A DNA stretch of 50,008 bases from Catajapyx aquilonaris (GCA_000934665.2 KZ538743.1:1-50008); one strand, 5' to 3'; shown: positions 1 to 13,866, counted from the stretch's first letter. The notes: generated by a model from the sequence alone, not told the origin. Numbers and translations: made by a program.

Positions 1-96
1 GGTTCAAGGTGACTACGTCGAAAAGTCTTAATAAAATTTTGACCATCAAACATGTCTTTCAACATCAGGCTCAGAACTTATTGGACGACCCTCGTA
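1..96 (+). mobile_element. 3' end of a mariner DNA transposon (irritans/Himar-like): transposase C-terminus, 3' terminal inverted repeat and TA target site
   Basis: Bases 2-31 read V-Q-G-D-Y-V-E-K-S-stop, matching the typical mariner C-terminal G(D/N)YVE(K) motif. AATAAA overlaps the stop. Bases 65-94 reverse-complement to CGAGGGTCGTCCAATAAGTTCTGAGCCTGA, a mariner-type TIR, followed by TA at 95-96. The rest of the element lies outside the window. Confidence 0.8.
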
Positions 97-1988
97 CAGT
101 CAGAAAATACCATATTTATACAGCCAGAAATGGGCATTAAATTGGTATGAAATGTTTCTGCAGGAGTGGGATTGTCACCAACTGTGTTAAAAAACTGCAT
201 ATGCTATACGATTTTGTATGTAAATACGCCGCGTGCAAAAATTTCCAGCTCGGTACATAGCCTATACTATATGTATATGTATATATACGGGCAGTATTAC
301 CTGGTAACACGAAAAATGTTTTCCAGGCCCGGATGCTGAGAGGCAGAAACTGAGAAGAGAGCACATAATTGTGATTATCCCCAGGGAACGTTTTAAACTG
401 TCATTATCAAATGGCGCAACACGGTGCGATGGCATGTCCAGAGGCCGCCTGATTTTGATACATTTGGGAATGTCCTCTAGCAGGGTACAACGAGGGGGGG
501 CTGGAACTGCCCCTGGGCGGCCCTAGGGGCAGACAGACACAGCACACCGCATGTGCCTGCTGCCTACTGCTCGCAGCCTTCTGAACTGCACATGAACATG
601 CCACTCTACATGCAGTCATGTGAAGCCCATGACCCCTCAGGCCACCCTTCCCCCCATATATATATACACCCCAGTTATTTTGGTGTTACATTTATTACCC
701 GCACTAGTTTTAGAGAGGGGGTTATATAATGCACTTGAAATCGGGTTTAATTAGATGGCAGCGAGGGGGGGGGAAACTGTGTTTTTGTTGGGTTGGGAGC
801 AAAACGAGAAGTGTGATGGATCCGGAGTTTGGCTTCCGGCTGGAGCGTGTTGTCCTTCACTCCCAAGGCACGATTTCGCCTGACTAATTTGCTTCTTACA
901 CTCATCACGGTTTGGGGAATTTCGTGGACGTCTGTCGTGCAATTAGGCTCTTCCTCTCGAATTTTTTCTCAAATAATATTATTTGAGCATGACTCCTTGC
1001 ATCCGGATCCAGACGGAAGCGTAACTGTCCGCTATTTACACACCAAATCTCACGCTAATTTGAACCCAATTCTCACTAGCTAATTGGTCCGAATTCCAGT
1101 ATGCCACATTTCCATTAAGTTTTAAAATTCCTATTTCCACTTACATAAATTGTTTAAATTTCCCTCTCATTAAAGTGTGAGTGTAGAGATGGCGCTTGTT
1201 TGTTCATTCACTGGGTTGCATAAGTTCCCCCCAGTTGCTATACATCACCATGTGAAATGGCGTCGCCTCCCACAGGCTGCCCTCCCAGCCTCCCGTCACA
1301 ACTTGCCAAAGACAACACTCGAAATATGTCCATTAGGAGCCCATGTTTCCTGGCTCGGCACGCGGGATGTACCTAATACCTGATGAAGAGGCTTCTGCAT
1401 GTACTTTTTTCCCCATGTATTTTGGATCCACGTGTGCTCACTTTGTCACGCGCCGCTCGTAGTTCAGGCGTTGTCATAAATCGTCGGCGATAATGTTCCT
1501 GGGGACGTACTTATTTATCGGCTGACGTACCGGGGTAGAGAGGAAAATAAGAGCGATGCCCATGCTACAGGCAAGTGTGCTGTGTTGCTCTTGGGAATGG
1601 GGAACACAACTTCGACGAACAGGAATTATAGCCTGGTTGGATACTTGGGCCACATCTGTAAACAGTCGGCAGATATCGAGCACGGGAACATGTCAAGTAC
1701 AGGAAGGACTCATACATCACCATTGATTTCGATTTTCTATATAATTTTGTTTTTACTTACAGCTAGATAAAGCAGAATGTTGGTATTTATGTATGTTACC
1801 TAACCCACTTTCGAACTACTGAGAGTGGTGAAACTTGGCACACTGACGTCATGCGTGCCGCTGATTTAGGGAAAAGCCAGAAAACTGCACTTTTTTGAGT
1901 CTAAATACCCAAAATTTAGAATATTTTTGTTTGTTGTGATGTTTGTTGTCTCTTCTGCGGCGGTTTATCAGTCACCGCGCGAAGAACG

Positions 1989-2018
1989 CCCCCCCCCCCC
2001 CCCCCNCCCCCCCCCCCC
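1989..2018. repeat. Poly-C homopolymer (about 30 nt, one N)
   Basis: Seen directly. Confidence 0.95.
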
Positions 2019-2713
2019 TGCTACTTTCGCATAAAATTCAGTAAGGATCGGCCTTCCACTAGTATTCAATTAATTAAATTATGATTCAAGCAGCCTAAAT
2101 TAATCTTGGCTCACAATTATTGCGTTATCTCCAGCAGAAAATGGTGTCGTCGTAGAAACATTATGCTAACAAGCAAGTGGAAAGCCTCCCCTCAGGAAAC
2201 TTCAATCTGAATTAACATTTAGATAGCAGTCGTCGAGAGTTAGCTGCTTGATGGCGAAAACGTTTCCCAGCCGTAAGATGTTTGACTCGTGTTGGGCAGT
2301 TTTGCGCGCAAAGTACGGCGTCTCCTCGGGGCTCCCCCAACTTTGACGGCAGAGATGCTGGTGTCGACCTCACCGACGGCTTGTTTTGCGACAAGTTGTG
2401 CTTGGGAAACTCTGCTGCTTGCTAGAGATGCTTGGAAGTGTATCCGGGGATTATTTCCAGACCAAGTCGCTTTCACGGGAGAAACTCTGTCGCTGGCTGG
2501 CTGCTGTCGTCAGCAGAAACCCCTGCCGACTTCGGTTTTCATCGGGTAATTCCACCCTCCTCTTCCTCCTCGGGATTCACTCCTCAGCATACAGTTGTCG
2601 CAGTTGCTGCTTTCATCCCGGAGTTTTGCGGCTTGCTTCATCCTCGTGTTCCTCTTGTTCGAGAGATCAGTTTCGGATCCCATTTTATGAGAAATGCATG
2701 CGATGAATGAAAA

Positions 2714-2788
2714 ATCACTGCTACTGATCACAGCTATATGGTCAGATCACTGCTACTGATCACAGCTATATGGTCAGATCACTGCTAC
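2714..2788. repeat. Perfect tandem repeat, 32-bp unit, about 2.3 copies
   Basis: ATCACTGCTACTGATCACAGCTATATGGTCAG occurs at 2714 and 2746, with a partial copy at 2778. Confidence 0.95.
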
Positions 2789-5700
2789 GTTTAATGTTTA
2801 GACAAAGAAACAGCATGGTTGAGAGAAAGCAGCCGAAGACATCTGTCTGGAGGGAACCGAGGCGGGTCCATCCGTGACAAATCCATCGTTACATGTTGGC
2901 TCGAGTTCGTCTAAGTTTCTAGGATGGCTTGGCTGGGGACTTGGGCTCGTCTTTCATGGCGCCCAGGCGGCATCCCAGGAAGGCGGCGTGGCCTGCCAGG
3001 CCGCCATTTGCGCTTCGTTAAAAACCGAGCACACACACGTTTGTCCCTTCACATTCGTGTCCCCCAACAGATCCATTCCCACGTGATTAGCCAGAAGGGA
3101 TGCTATGTTTAGATTGGGACACGTCTCGCTCTAATCTCCGAGCCAGGATACCATGTCACCAGCCCTTCTTTTTTCTTCTTTTTCTCTCTCCTCCAACTGG
3201 CGGAGAATCATCCAGTTGGAAGCAAAGTTGACTAACAGTCTCACCGAGCCGATGGCACAAAACACAGCTTTGGATCGATCTTGCTGGCTTGCTGGAACAG
3301 AATCCCTTCCTTCCTTTCCACCCAACCCCACCCACCCTCTCTGGGAGTCTCTCGGTCTCCTGCGCTGCGAAACTTAACCACAAGAAAATTGGGCTTCCGC
3401 TTGCTTGAGATGCATAATCTTATCTGTAGTGTGTAATTAAGGAGGTAGTTGGTGCGTATAATCGGCAGAAGAGGGGGGATGGGGGGTGAGGTGAGTTGAA
3501 GGGTTTTTGGGGGTGGCAGTGAATGGGGTGCCAGCTTACAGGAGCCTCATTACTGCGCCTGGATGAAGGCGGAGGACCAATTAACGGGAGCCCCGAACAA
3601 TCCTCCCCAGGAATTAATATGGGGCAAGTGGCGGGGGGAGGGATATTGAAATGCCGCTGCTCTCATAGGAGACCCAACCTATGGCTTAGTTTCCCCGGCG
3701 CCAAACCACCCCCTCACTGTAATATCTACCACTCGAGAGTTCAGGGTGGGTGGAGGAAGTAAGGGTGCTTCTTGGGATTGTTGAACCGGGGAGAAAACTG
3801 CTCGTTCTGGGTAATGTTAGAGCAGGAAGATGCACTTCGCAATCTTCGACCGACTCTGCCGAGGTAACTGGGTGTTTAAATCTACCCACCCTTTTTATAG
3901 TGGGGGAGAAGGGGTTAGAAAAGGGTGGGCTCAAATTGAGAAAAGTAGATAGGACTGGAGCAGGATGTCCCGAATTTTCGCACCAGTCTTAAAAATTTAT
4001 ATGGAGTATGGGGTTGTGAAATTAGTGGTGCTGGAATGTTCTGCATGGTCATGCACCAAAATTGGTGTGGACATTATTTTAATATGCGGATGTTCCCTGC
4101 TCCACTTTACTGAATTGTCAACGGTAGAGGATATAGAAATAGATCTGCGCTTAATATTTAAAATTTGCGTATGACATCGGAATTAGAGCATTTACTAACG
4201 AGTTAGCTGTATAGGTGCGCAAATTAAATTTTTTAAAACAGCTAAAGAATCAGAATTTTTTCAAGTAGTTTGTATTGTTGGCGCACCTTGTACACACTCA
4301 CACTGGCTATCATGATTTGCCACCTTTGAGAATAATGGAGAGTGGACAGCAGGAGGCGCGGTGCACGACAGGACGTGAGGTGTAAAAACGACTGGAATGA
4401 AACGAATTATGGTAAAGGGGGGCGAGTGCTGCTTCCGTCTGCCTGACGAATTGCTACTTTCTTGTCGAAATATGAGACGAAGAAGAATTGCAGGTGCTGC
4501 TACTCGATAGACTAGTTTGACAACTTGCCCTGTTCCACTTGCGCCGCTTCCTTTTCCGAATTGCTTCACTTATTTTACGCACTCATTGTTTTTCGACTTT
4601 CGTATACAAAGGGAGAAAGGCGAGTATTGTTGTTAACAGCAGGTGGAGCTTGTTTTTGGCTTCCTTTAAAAAATCGCAGATTTCCGTTATTTGTGTTCGA
4701 GTTTGTTATGTGCAATCACTTTGACAGCGGGCACAGTTTCTGCCCCTTGATTTCTTCGTTTCATGCTTGGCTTGAAGCGAGTTTTGCCCTTTCTACACAC
4801 ATTATACTGTTATCATCCACTGCATATTACTTTTTTTTGTGCGAAATTTGGGCCAAGTGTCGGTACTCCACAAAACGCTCGTAAAATTTGTTTGCTTTTA
4901 AAAAACAACCTCTAGTCTTCCATCATGTTTATTTCCACAAACAAGGAATCACCTGATATACTGTCCTCTTTAATACACTTTTTTCTTCAGCACCGGTAGT
5001 TTACCAGTCGGCAATGGGGATTTCCCTTTATGAAGTAAGACAGGAGGCTGTTGGGAGCGCGATTTAAAACAGTGCTCGCCAAGCAAGCCGGCGGAGTGTG
5101 TAATTGAGATAAGCTCGTGTTCCTGAAAGGGCTGGAGGCCCATGAGTTGTGGAGTGCCATTGGAAATACAGCCTGACGAAACGTTCTCTCTTGGCAAGGA
5201 CAATCGTGTTGATTTAGCGTGGAAGGCAAGCCCCTCTCGCGATTTTCGGTCATTGCATGGTCGGTTGCCAATAGCCAAGAATGTGGGCAAGGAGGGCACA
5301 AAGGTGAAGCCGAAAGTCACCAATCAAGCTCTGGGGGTATTATAACAGCTAGTGGAGGTTGGTGATATTTTTTTGTATTATGGTTGGCACGAGGAGACCA
5401 AGCCCAAGTGTAGGCTGCTGGCTCTGGATGGCTCCGTCTCCAGGGAACGTGGCTGCTGATGTAACCATGGCTAATTAATGAGCTCGCACACACGCCGCTG
5501 CCAAACCCCGGGGACTATGTGCCGCTGCCACCGGGTTTCTGGCGCAGGAAAAGCCTGCCAAGTCTCACATGGACATCCAAAGCCAAGCCCTACACACACT
5601 CACACACCTCACACGTCTCCGAAGTATAAACAAATAAATATAATCTACTTGGGTCCTCCCAGCACTTGCCGACTTAAGAACATGCTGTCATCACGATTAT

Positions 5701-8700
5701 TAAAATTTGCGGCCACTCGTGCCAACGATATTCCGCCGAGCTCCTTTGCTTACGACAAATTTAAGAGCAACAAACCGACCTTAATTTGCTGGCTATAAAG
5801 GCCTTCCACTTTCCGGTAGGTCTTCCCCCAAAACTGGCCATTCCTGCCGGTCCTAAAAAAGAAGCTCTTTGTTTTATAAGCCTATATACATAGTCGTATA
5901 AGAGGTGAGCAGGGTCTATATACCCCCTCGGCAACCTTTCGCCATCTTGGAAAAGCAAAAAGGTTTCGTCCGACAACTCAGCAGATACGACCTCTGCTTT
6001 ACTTAGCAATTAAATAGGGCCATGCGCTGCTTTGGTTACTGCCTATGAAGACGCGTTATGATCTTCAAAATTAGACCTCTTGAAGAACGTTAACGTTTTA
6101 TGCCTGGAACATGTGTTGAGAGGCCGTCGACGCTTCTTGATCACCTCTTTAAATTTGTCGCATTGTCGTACGGTACATGGTGCAGTTTGCCACAGTTGGC
6201 TGTACCGCACGGTGTAATCGTCCCATCTGATGAATTCACAAGTATAGAAGTGATTGATTCGGAGAGTTGAGCCATGTCCGCTGCCATATACGAAGAGACG
6301 ACATGCGGAGAGGATTCTCTCGGCAGGTGTGTGTGGGAATGGTTTTTGGCAGTTGCTTGGGAGGGGTCGGGAGTTGACCCCGACACTCAGCTCCGGTGAC
6401 CCTATTTATCATCGAGATGCCTTCTGGCCACTGTCGTGATGGACCCGGGGATCTCTATGACAGCCCAGGAGGGGCAAAAACTGAAAACAAAAAAAAAGTC
6501 AACAAGACACCCCTGGAGACCCCCAGACATTCCTTAACAACACGATACGATGCCAGTTTAGCAAGAATGTAGCGAGCCACACGCATTTTGTGATTCATGG
6601 ATTCAGCTCTGGAAGTAAAGAATGATTGGTTTTGTATCTAAACAACTATTTTTTCTCCCCCTCCAACCCTCCGATGAAGACTTGAGACTGTGTCCCAGCA
6701 GGGAATGAGAGATGGCATTCCTTCGGTTGGTAAGCCTTGTTGGCTGCAATGCTCCCAGGCTTGGCAATCGCAGTGACGAATGCACGCGTCACGACGCAGG
6801 TCCGGGGCATGCGAGTCTCACCCCGGGTGTCCTTTGTCTTTGAGGGATGAAACAATGCAAAGGGACAACAGGGCGGGTCGCCTGCCCTCCAGGGGGGCCC
6901 TGCCCTGCCCGCATGCCCTAGAGGGAAAAAAGACCACCTCTGGGAAAAGGCGATATGACTAGGCGCAAGGAAGCTGAGGTTTTTGGGATAAAGAAAAAAG
7001 TAAAGGGGCCGTGAGGAAGTTAGGGTTCATTAGCGACTGGCGTTTGCCTAATTAAAACGCTTGGCGGCCTGGCACACTGCTCAGCCCCTTTCTTCTCCGC
7101 CCTTCCAAACGAGCCTTCATTCGAGGATTTGCCATGCTTATGACCGGCAAACAGCCCTGTAAATGGCCTGAGTAAATCTGAGTCGCGACCAGGAAAAACC
7201 TTCACCAAATCAAAATAACAAATATTCAAAAAAAATGTCCAGGTATATTGCAAATGAATTTTCCCTTAAATGATGTGGGAACATGTTCTTTCTTTAATTA
7301 ATGAGATTAAAATGTAACAAATTGCACAAAAACCATATTTAGTCATGATCTGGCTCCCCAAAAAAAAATCTGAAAAAAAACGTGTGCATGCGTGTCTGTT
7401 TGGCTTTTTCCTGGCGTTTCGTAATCACACGACGCTCGATATTTCCCGGCTCCGTACATGCAGCCGGTCCGACGACAATCTCGCGTGATCACCGCGACTT
7501 TGCTGCTTTTGAGCCCTCAAATCGACTCTGAAATAATTAGCAGCAAAAATGTGATTTCGCTCTCTCCAGAGGGTGTAAGTACTTTGGTTGGATTTGGCCA
7601 GAAGGGCTCATAAAGCAGACGGTTGAAGAAATGGAATTTTTTTCCTTAAAAAAAAAAGAGCGTGTGTTTTAGGTGCGTGTTATATGTCCTTTAAGCCCGA
7701 ATTTTTTTCTTTTGCGTTTTGTGCCAGCACATGCATGCATAATTGGTCAGGTTTACAGCGTCCAAGCTGCTTCCACCTGTTTATTTTGCTATTTATTTCA
7801 GGGGAGGTAGGGGGCCAAGGTTAAGACCTTTTTTTCGCCAAGTTATGGCAAAGTTATAGATTTTTAATATTCAGTTCGATCAATAGAGGGTGCGAAATGG
7901 GGAGGGGCAGCATGCCGATGTGTATTAAAATAGAATTTTAGAGGGGGGGAATTATTAGCGCAGATCCAAATTGATAGCCTGGGTATGACTTGAAGGATGT
8001 TGAGCCATAGCGGGCCGGAAATTAATAGCCTGCTAACGCCGCTTCCATTTTTAAACCTAGTTCACCTTTCGTTCTCAATTTGATTCCAGCTGTTGTTCAT
8101 ATGAAAGAGAGAAGTAATAATCGACTGTTCTACACTTTGTTATAAATTTAATTATTATGGCTTGTTTCTGGATGAAACTTTTTTCACATGTACTCCCGTA
8201 ATAAAATGCGATTTTGAATTGAACTTCTGCCGACACAATTGTTCATAATATTTAAAATTCTAGGCATGACCCAAGGAGCTGAATTGCCCGCAACATTTGC
8301 AACAAGTTTAGTACGTGTGCGCGTATTTTGCCAAGCAAACTTGTTCCTCCCCCACGGTGCAGTGTGAACGCAATTCGCAATGAAGAATCTGCTAAGGTGT
8401 GAATGGCCTAATAAATATCAAATTCCTTATCCAGGAAGCAACAATCGAATCATAATTTTTCATGTTAATTAATTACAATTTTAATGCACAGATGTATGTT
8501 TGACAATAATAAATATGGAAAAATAATTTGCCCTCCAAATGACTATTTCAGCCTTGAACTTACTTTCCAATATCTCCGATAGTCGTTGGCTGTATATATA
8601 GCGCCAGTACCTCCTCTAAATCCTGATGACGCCTTATTAAGTAGAACGAAACGCCAATTATAACATCACCGAAAATGCAGCAACGTGCAATTAAGGCTTG

Positions 8701-11359
8701 GATCGCAACACTGACTGATAAGCCAAGTTCCCAACTGTTCTTAGACGCTTGCGATTATTATACACTTGCTCTCACTTTCACTTTTGGAAATAAGCTGCTG
8801 GAGGGGTCGAGACATTCAATTCCAACCATGATATTATAACCGGTAGCAAAATTATACCAAGGTGGGCCCCGAGATAGAAATGACTTTGCAGAATTGTGTT
8901 GGCGTGTAATTTTCTGCACCCATGTTATGTCGGAGTAATGTCAACACGTTTTAAAGGCCTTGTAAGCGGGAGATGACCATGTCCAGTCCCCCACAAAACT
9001 AGGCCGGACACTGGCCCGTTGGTCAACATGCTGTGTAACCCAAAAGGAAGGTGGAAATGCAAATATCTGGTGTCCTCCCCTCCACCCCCAAGAGCGTGCG
9101 GTGTGTGCAACATAAGCCAACCGCTCTATATATATTTCTCTGACCTATGAATAATAGAGAAATCCCTGCCTATTTAGCGCAAAGTGAATATTTCAGTCTG
9201 GTGGGCCTGCTGGGCAATGAAGGAAAACCCGGTCGTCCATGTGTAACCTATTTGGCCAGGGTGATAGATGGGTAAACAAGGGGCCCGAAACACTTCCCAC
9301 AAGACAAATGCCTGAATATTTCAAAGGGGGGAATTCCATTTGGACCTCATTAGACCTAGTGTATACACGGTTGATATGGTTTCGGCCACGTTCATATATC
9401 AGTTGGTTGCTGCGTAGTTGAGTGTGCGGGTCTTACCAGTATTTACCACCAGGATCGTTGACTAACCAGGCTTCAGCTGTCATCAGTTCAGTAAGCAGGA
9501 CCGTTAGATGTCACATGTGATTATTGCCATGATATTCAGTGACATTGCCACACTGACGTTTGATTTTGTTGTTATTTTTATAAGCCAGATCATGTGGAGA
9601 GGGAAGCGCATGGACGTGAGCCTGGCGTAGGTGGCAAGGACTAAAGGTTTTGTTCCCCTGAAGACGGAAATGGGTGGTACCGCTGGATATACAGTCAATG
9701 TTATTTGAAATTAAATTAAATTAACGTCCATATACCACTCATTTCACATGTTTTCTGCGGTCCAAGCCAAGTTTGGAGGCAGGTGTGCAGGAAATTGATA
9801 GCGTGATTTATAATATAATTGTATGCGCCTGTGACAATGGTAGTGTTGTGAGACAATGAAGTGCAAGGATGCACCGGTCACGATTTCGGTCTGTGTCATG
9901 AATTTCAACTGCCCTTTACGTGATATTTGGCCTTCATGGATGAACTACGCCAGCAAAATAAGGGCTTAAGAATCCAATTTAGTTGTAATGACATGCGTGT
10001 AGAGGTCTGAAAGTGTGTATATCCTTTCTCCCTCACTTATGCGACTCACAAAACAGAGTGTACATACTGGAGTAGACGGTTCTAATTGGGCGTCACCTGG
10101 CGCTGTTTATTGCCGCCTTCGATGTATCCATTCAGGATAAGTTGTACTCCGATGCTTGCGATTAAACTCCTATAGAGAGTTATAGTCGACTTGGCTTTAA
10201 GAGCAAGGTTTCCCACTGGGGAAACAAGTTAAAGATGGAATTAATCAGCGAGTGTCTCCGGTCAACCGACTTCAACAATTTATACGCCCCATTGTTTCTT
10301 CCAAAACCTGTTTCGTCCAGGTGCAAGCCCACATATCACACATGGTGACGTCGACTGGACTTATGCTGCCCAACGTCCATTCGATGTAGGAAGTTGTCAA
10401 AAGTCAAAAGTGGCGTCATCTTGACCGTTCGGTGACGCGTGACTCCTGTCCATTAACTGACATAACTAATAATTAGGCTCGGCTATACTAAAGTGAGGGG
10501 GGTGGGGGAAACCTTTTGTGTGCACAAACTGTGACCAAAAATCCAACCCCCCATGTTTAGCCCGATAAAAAAACACGAGAGCTCGACCACAAAACCCCCC
10601 CTAAATCCGACCACTATCCCACCTTCCTTGGAAATTTAGTGTAATCAAGTACAAAACGGTTGCCCCGCAGGAACAACACGAATAAATCAACGACAATCAG
10701 CGGGGGGTGCCAACAACGGACACAACAACAAAAAAGTCCCCTAACATGTTAAGTTGGACTTGATCCAATATGCGTACTTTTTATCCAGGGTTTTCCGCAC
10801 TGCAGGTTATGTAACAGAAACGTGTTTTCAGAGTGTGAAGCTATATTTTGTAACAATTTTTATATGGACAATTAATAGGTGGGCGGACTCAGCAGGTGTG
10901 AATGATATCCCCAAGCATAGTTTGTACAAGTATAAGTAACAAATATTTGGCAGGCTGGTTTGGAATTTTATATGGCAATGCATTATTGTGGAATATGTTT
11001 CCATTGTAAAAGTATAGGGGGCGAATGTCCTTTCCAACCATGGTAACTTTTGGTTTTTCATTCCCTCCACCTTTTCGAGTGCGAAGAATTTACAGCACCA
11101 AATGCTACCAATTATGGGCCATAAAAGGCTAGCTCTGATTTCTCTTCGTCACTTCTGAGCAGAAGGAGTGTCGCCGTGTAAATTATACGAAGAATTATTT
11201 TTTTTCGAAACAAAAGTACCGTTGCTTTTTTTTCAGGCAGCTCAACTGTACATATGTGATCATAAGCGAGTCCCTTTAAATTTTATCAGCAAACAGCTGA
11301 TAGCCTGATAACCTTACCTGTTTGTATATATGAGCTGACGGGCGCACACATAACAACTA

Positions 11360-11445
11360 AGAAAAAATGGGGAATGTCAAAAGAAACGACAGAAAATACC
11401 ATAACGATAATTAGGTCATACTTTATTTGTAGTCATCAGTACAGA
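11360..11445 (-). terminator. Probable polyadenylation site of the Irx transcript
   Basis: On the minus strand, TGTA lies about 15 nt upstream of AATAAA (11427-11422). A GU/U-rich tract (TTATCGTTATGGTATTTTCTGTCGTTTCTTTTG) follows. Another AATAAA sits at 13081-13076. Confidence 0.5.
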
Positions 11446-13749
11446 CAGGTGGCGTTTTTTTCCATTGAGCCAATCAATGTCCCGGCTATAGAGTGTGGTG
11501 GCACCTTTATATAATAATTGGTTGCAAAATAAAAAATTGCCGGGGGTTTTGCACTGGAATGTACCAGCTAACTGGACCTACTGTTGGGGAGCATTGTTGC
11601 ATTTGAAAGTGCAGCAGAACATTTTTAAAAAAATCCAAGGTCCGCGACCATCACCACAAAAAAGAAATAAACAAAGAAGAAAAAAGTATACCATCCAATA
11701 GTAGTCGCAAGCCTTGTATAGCTGACTATCTACATGACGCCGCGTCGCGTGCTTTACAACTATACACAGAAGACTAACTTGTACAGTACATAACGTAAGG
11801 CCTAAGCCTAGCACTCATGTAATCTGCTAGCTTTTTTTTCACTGCGTCATCTGCACAACACTATATACGTATGAACGACTGCAAATTTTTTTGTAGCTTT
11901 TTTTCATCTTCTTCCACTCCTCGAGAATTACTACGATAGTGTGGAATTTAGAAATACCACTGCGATTTTGCCACTTTTTTGATCAAAAACTGCTTGGAGA
12001 TATAGCCGAACTCTGGACCGCTTGTTCGTCCCACGTGATATTATTTTTGGCAACGCTTTGTCTTCGTAGAATTCCGGGGTACGTCGCTGACCCATACCCC
12101 GTGTTTACAAAGACAGGTAACAAAATCCACATAAATTCCCCCCCAGCCACTGAAAATTATTTACATTCATATACATGTACAATATAATAATAATATTATC
12201 GCACTGATCGTCAACGTCCAGATCATATCTCTAATTCAGACTAGCCTTTTTTGTGTTCAGGTTTTGCATGTCCTTCTTCAGCCCTCAGAGACTTTTTTTT
12301 TTTTAAATTCTTGCTGCCCCCTTTCTACACAGGTAGAGGTGAACACCGCACGTCTTAAATATTTAAAAGGGATCATAAGTAATATAAGGGGCTGCTGGAG
12401 TACTGATGGACAAGTGCGTAACATACCGAAATTACATGGAACGGAAAGCACGGAAATTGTGGAGAATCTGAGCATAAGTGCAGATTTTTTTTTTAAATAC
12501 AAGTTGGGTGCATGTCCATTTTTAGGTGAATGATATGCAAAGTGTCAGCATTTTCAAGTTTAAAATTTAAATAACCTGTCTGAATTTATCAGCAGCTACT
12601 ATTTCTGTAAATTCTGGTGGTGTTATGATGTTTTCTGTAATTGATTATTTCATAAATAAAATATTTCCTAATATGAAATGGTTCATTTAAACTAAAATTA
12701 AATTTGGTTTTTTACAGACTGCGATTGATACAGCTAAAATCATATTTTTATAAATTATCTAACTTGTGCACTTTTGCTCAGACAATCCGCAAAATGAGCT
12801 GCCAGGAAAACGATCCGGATTGATAATTATGACATGTAATAGTATGATGTGTTATAGGAAAAAGTGAGCCGAGTACCGGTAAAATGATGAAAAGGCACTG
12901 CAATATTATTGATCGGGTTAGGAGTTCCAGCTATTTCTGAAGCGACAACTGTTATCCATTACCTTCCAAAAAACCCCTGCTTCAAAAACTCACTTTTTAA
13001 ATAATGAAGTTATCGGTTTTAAAAAAACGTAGGATTAAGCATGGGGGTGCAATTTCTCACGTGACATGCTGTTCATTTATTCGTGTCCGAATTTCTTGTA
13101 ACACTAGTTTTATCGGATCACAGGTGTCACAGGTACTGGTTACAGCCAACCAGGTTGTACAACCACTAGAGAAGTGTGACCGAGAGTCGGGGGTGGGGAG
13201 ATGCAATCGAGTAGAGGTATAGGTAGTGGGGGATAGAGCAGGAAGTGAGGGGTAGGGGGGATAGGGAGGGGGGGGAGGCATGATATGCAGATAGGCCTCG
13301 TACATCACGCAGATCCCAATCTGGCCAACACGGCGGACGCATGCACCTTCCTTCCAGGGCGAANGGGGAATAGTCGTAATAAGAACAGAAAAAAAAATAA
13401 TGGGGGGCTTTTGTTGTTCTCTGTTTCAAACTAACCTCTCGAGGGCTTCAGGGCTGCAGTTCAGCATCCGCGAAATTTGTGTCAGAAAAACAGAAGTGTG
13501 AAAGGTGGAATGGTATCGGGAAGGGCTGAACTGCTAATACTGATCAAAGCACGTCAACGTAAACCGTCCAGTGCATTTTTTGGGGGCGTGGATACCCGAA
13601 ACTATGTACCTAAAAAGTGCCCTTATCCACTTTTTTGTTGGGTGTGTAAGAATCAGGAGATTCCAAGTAGCGGATGATGTAGAAAATAATTTTTTTTGTA
13701 CCTACTGCAGGAAAAAATGGCTACATGCATGCGAATTATTGGAGGATTT

Positions 13750-13866
13750 CTGCGGTGGGTAGGAAAAAAGCCCTGCGCGTCACCGTGTGGACCCCGCAGC
13801 CTGTGGGGTCCACACGGCGACGCGCAGGAACCGCTGCAGATGCGGCTTTCTTCCTAACCACAACAG
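13750..13866 (-). other. Structured RNA element in the Irx 3' UTR (long hairpin within a possible three-way junction)
   Basis: 28-nt inverted arms at 13772-13799 and 13801-13828 have only two non-Watson-Crick positions. They are enclosed by a basal stem of about 21 bp (13750-13770 with 13846-13866). Confidence 0.75.

Noticed and set aside
2212..2731. Cluster of overlapping ORFs in a GC-richer patch
   Set aside because: No frame shows a recognisable motif, and stops interrupt all extended frames.
5761..6009. Protein-like 82-aa minus-strand ORF (…FQDGERLPRGYIDPAHLLYDY…)
   Set aside because: It has a non-ATG start, no recognisable domain and no supporting splice structure.
8385..8412. GTGTGAATGGCCTAA resembling a PIF/Harbinger terminus
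   Set aside because: I found no partner TIR, and the match is too short to support a call.
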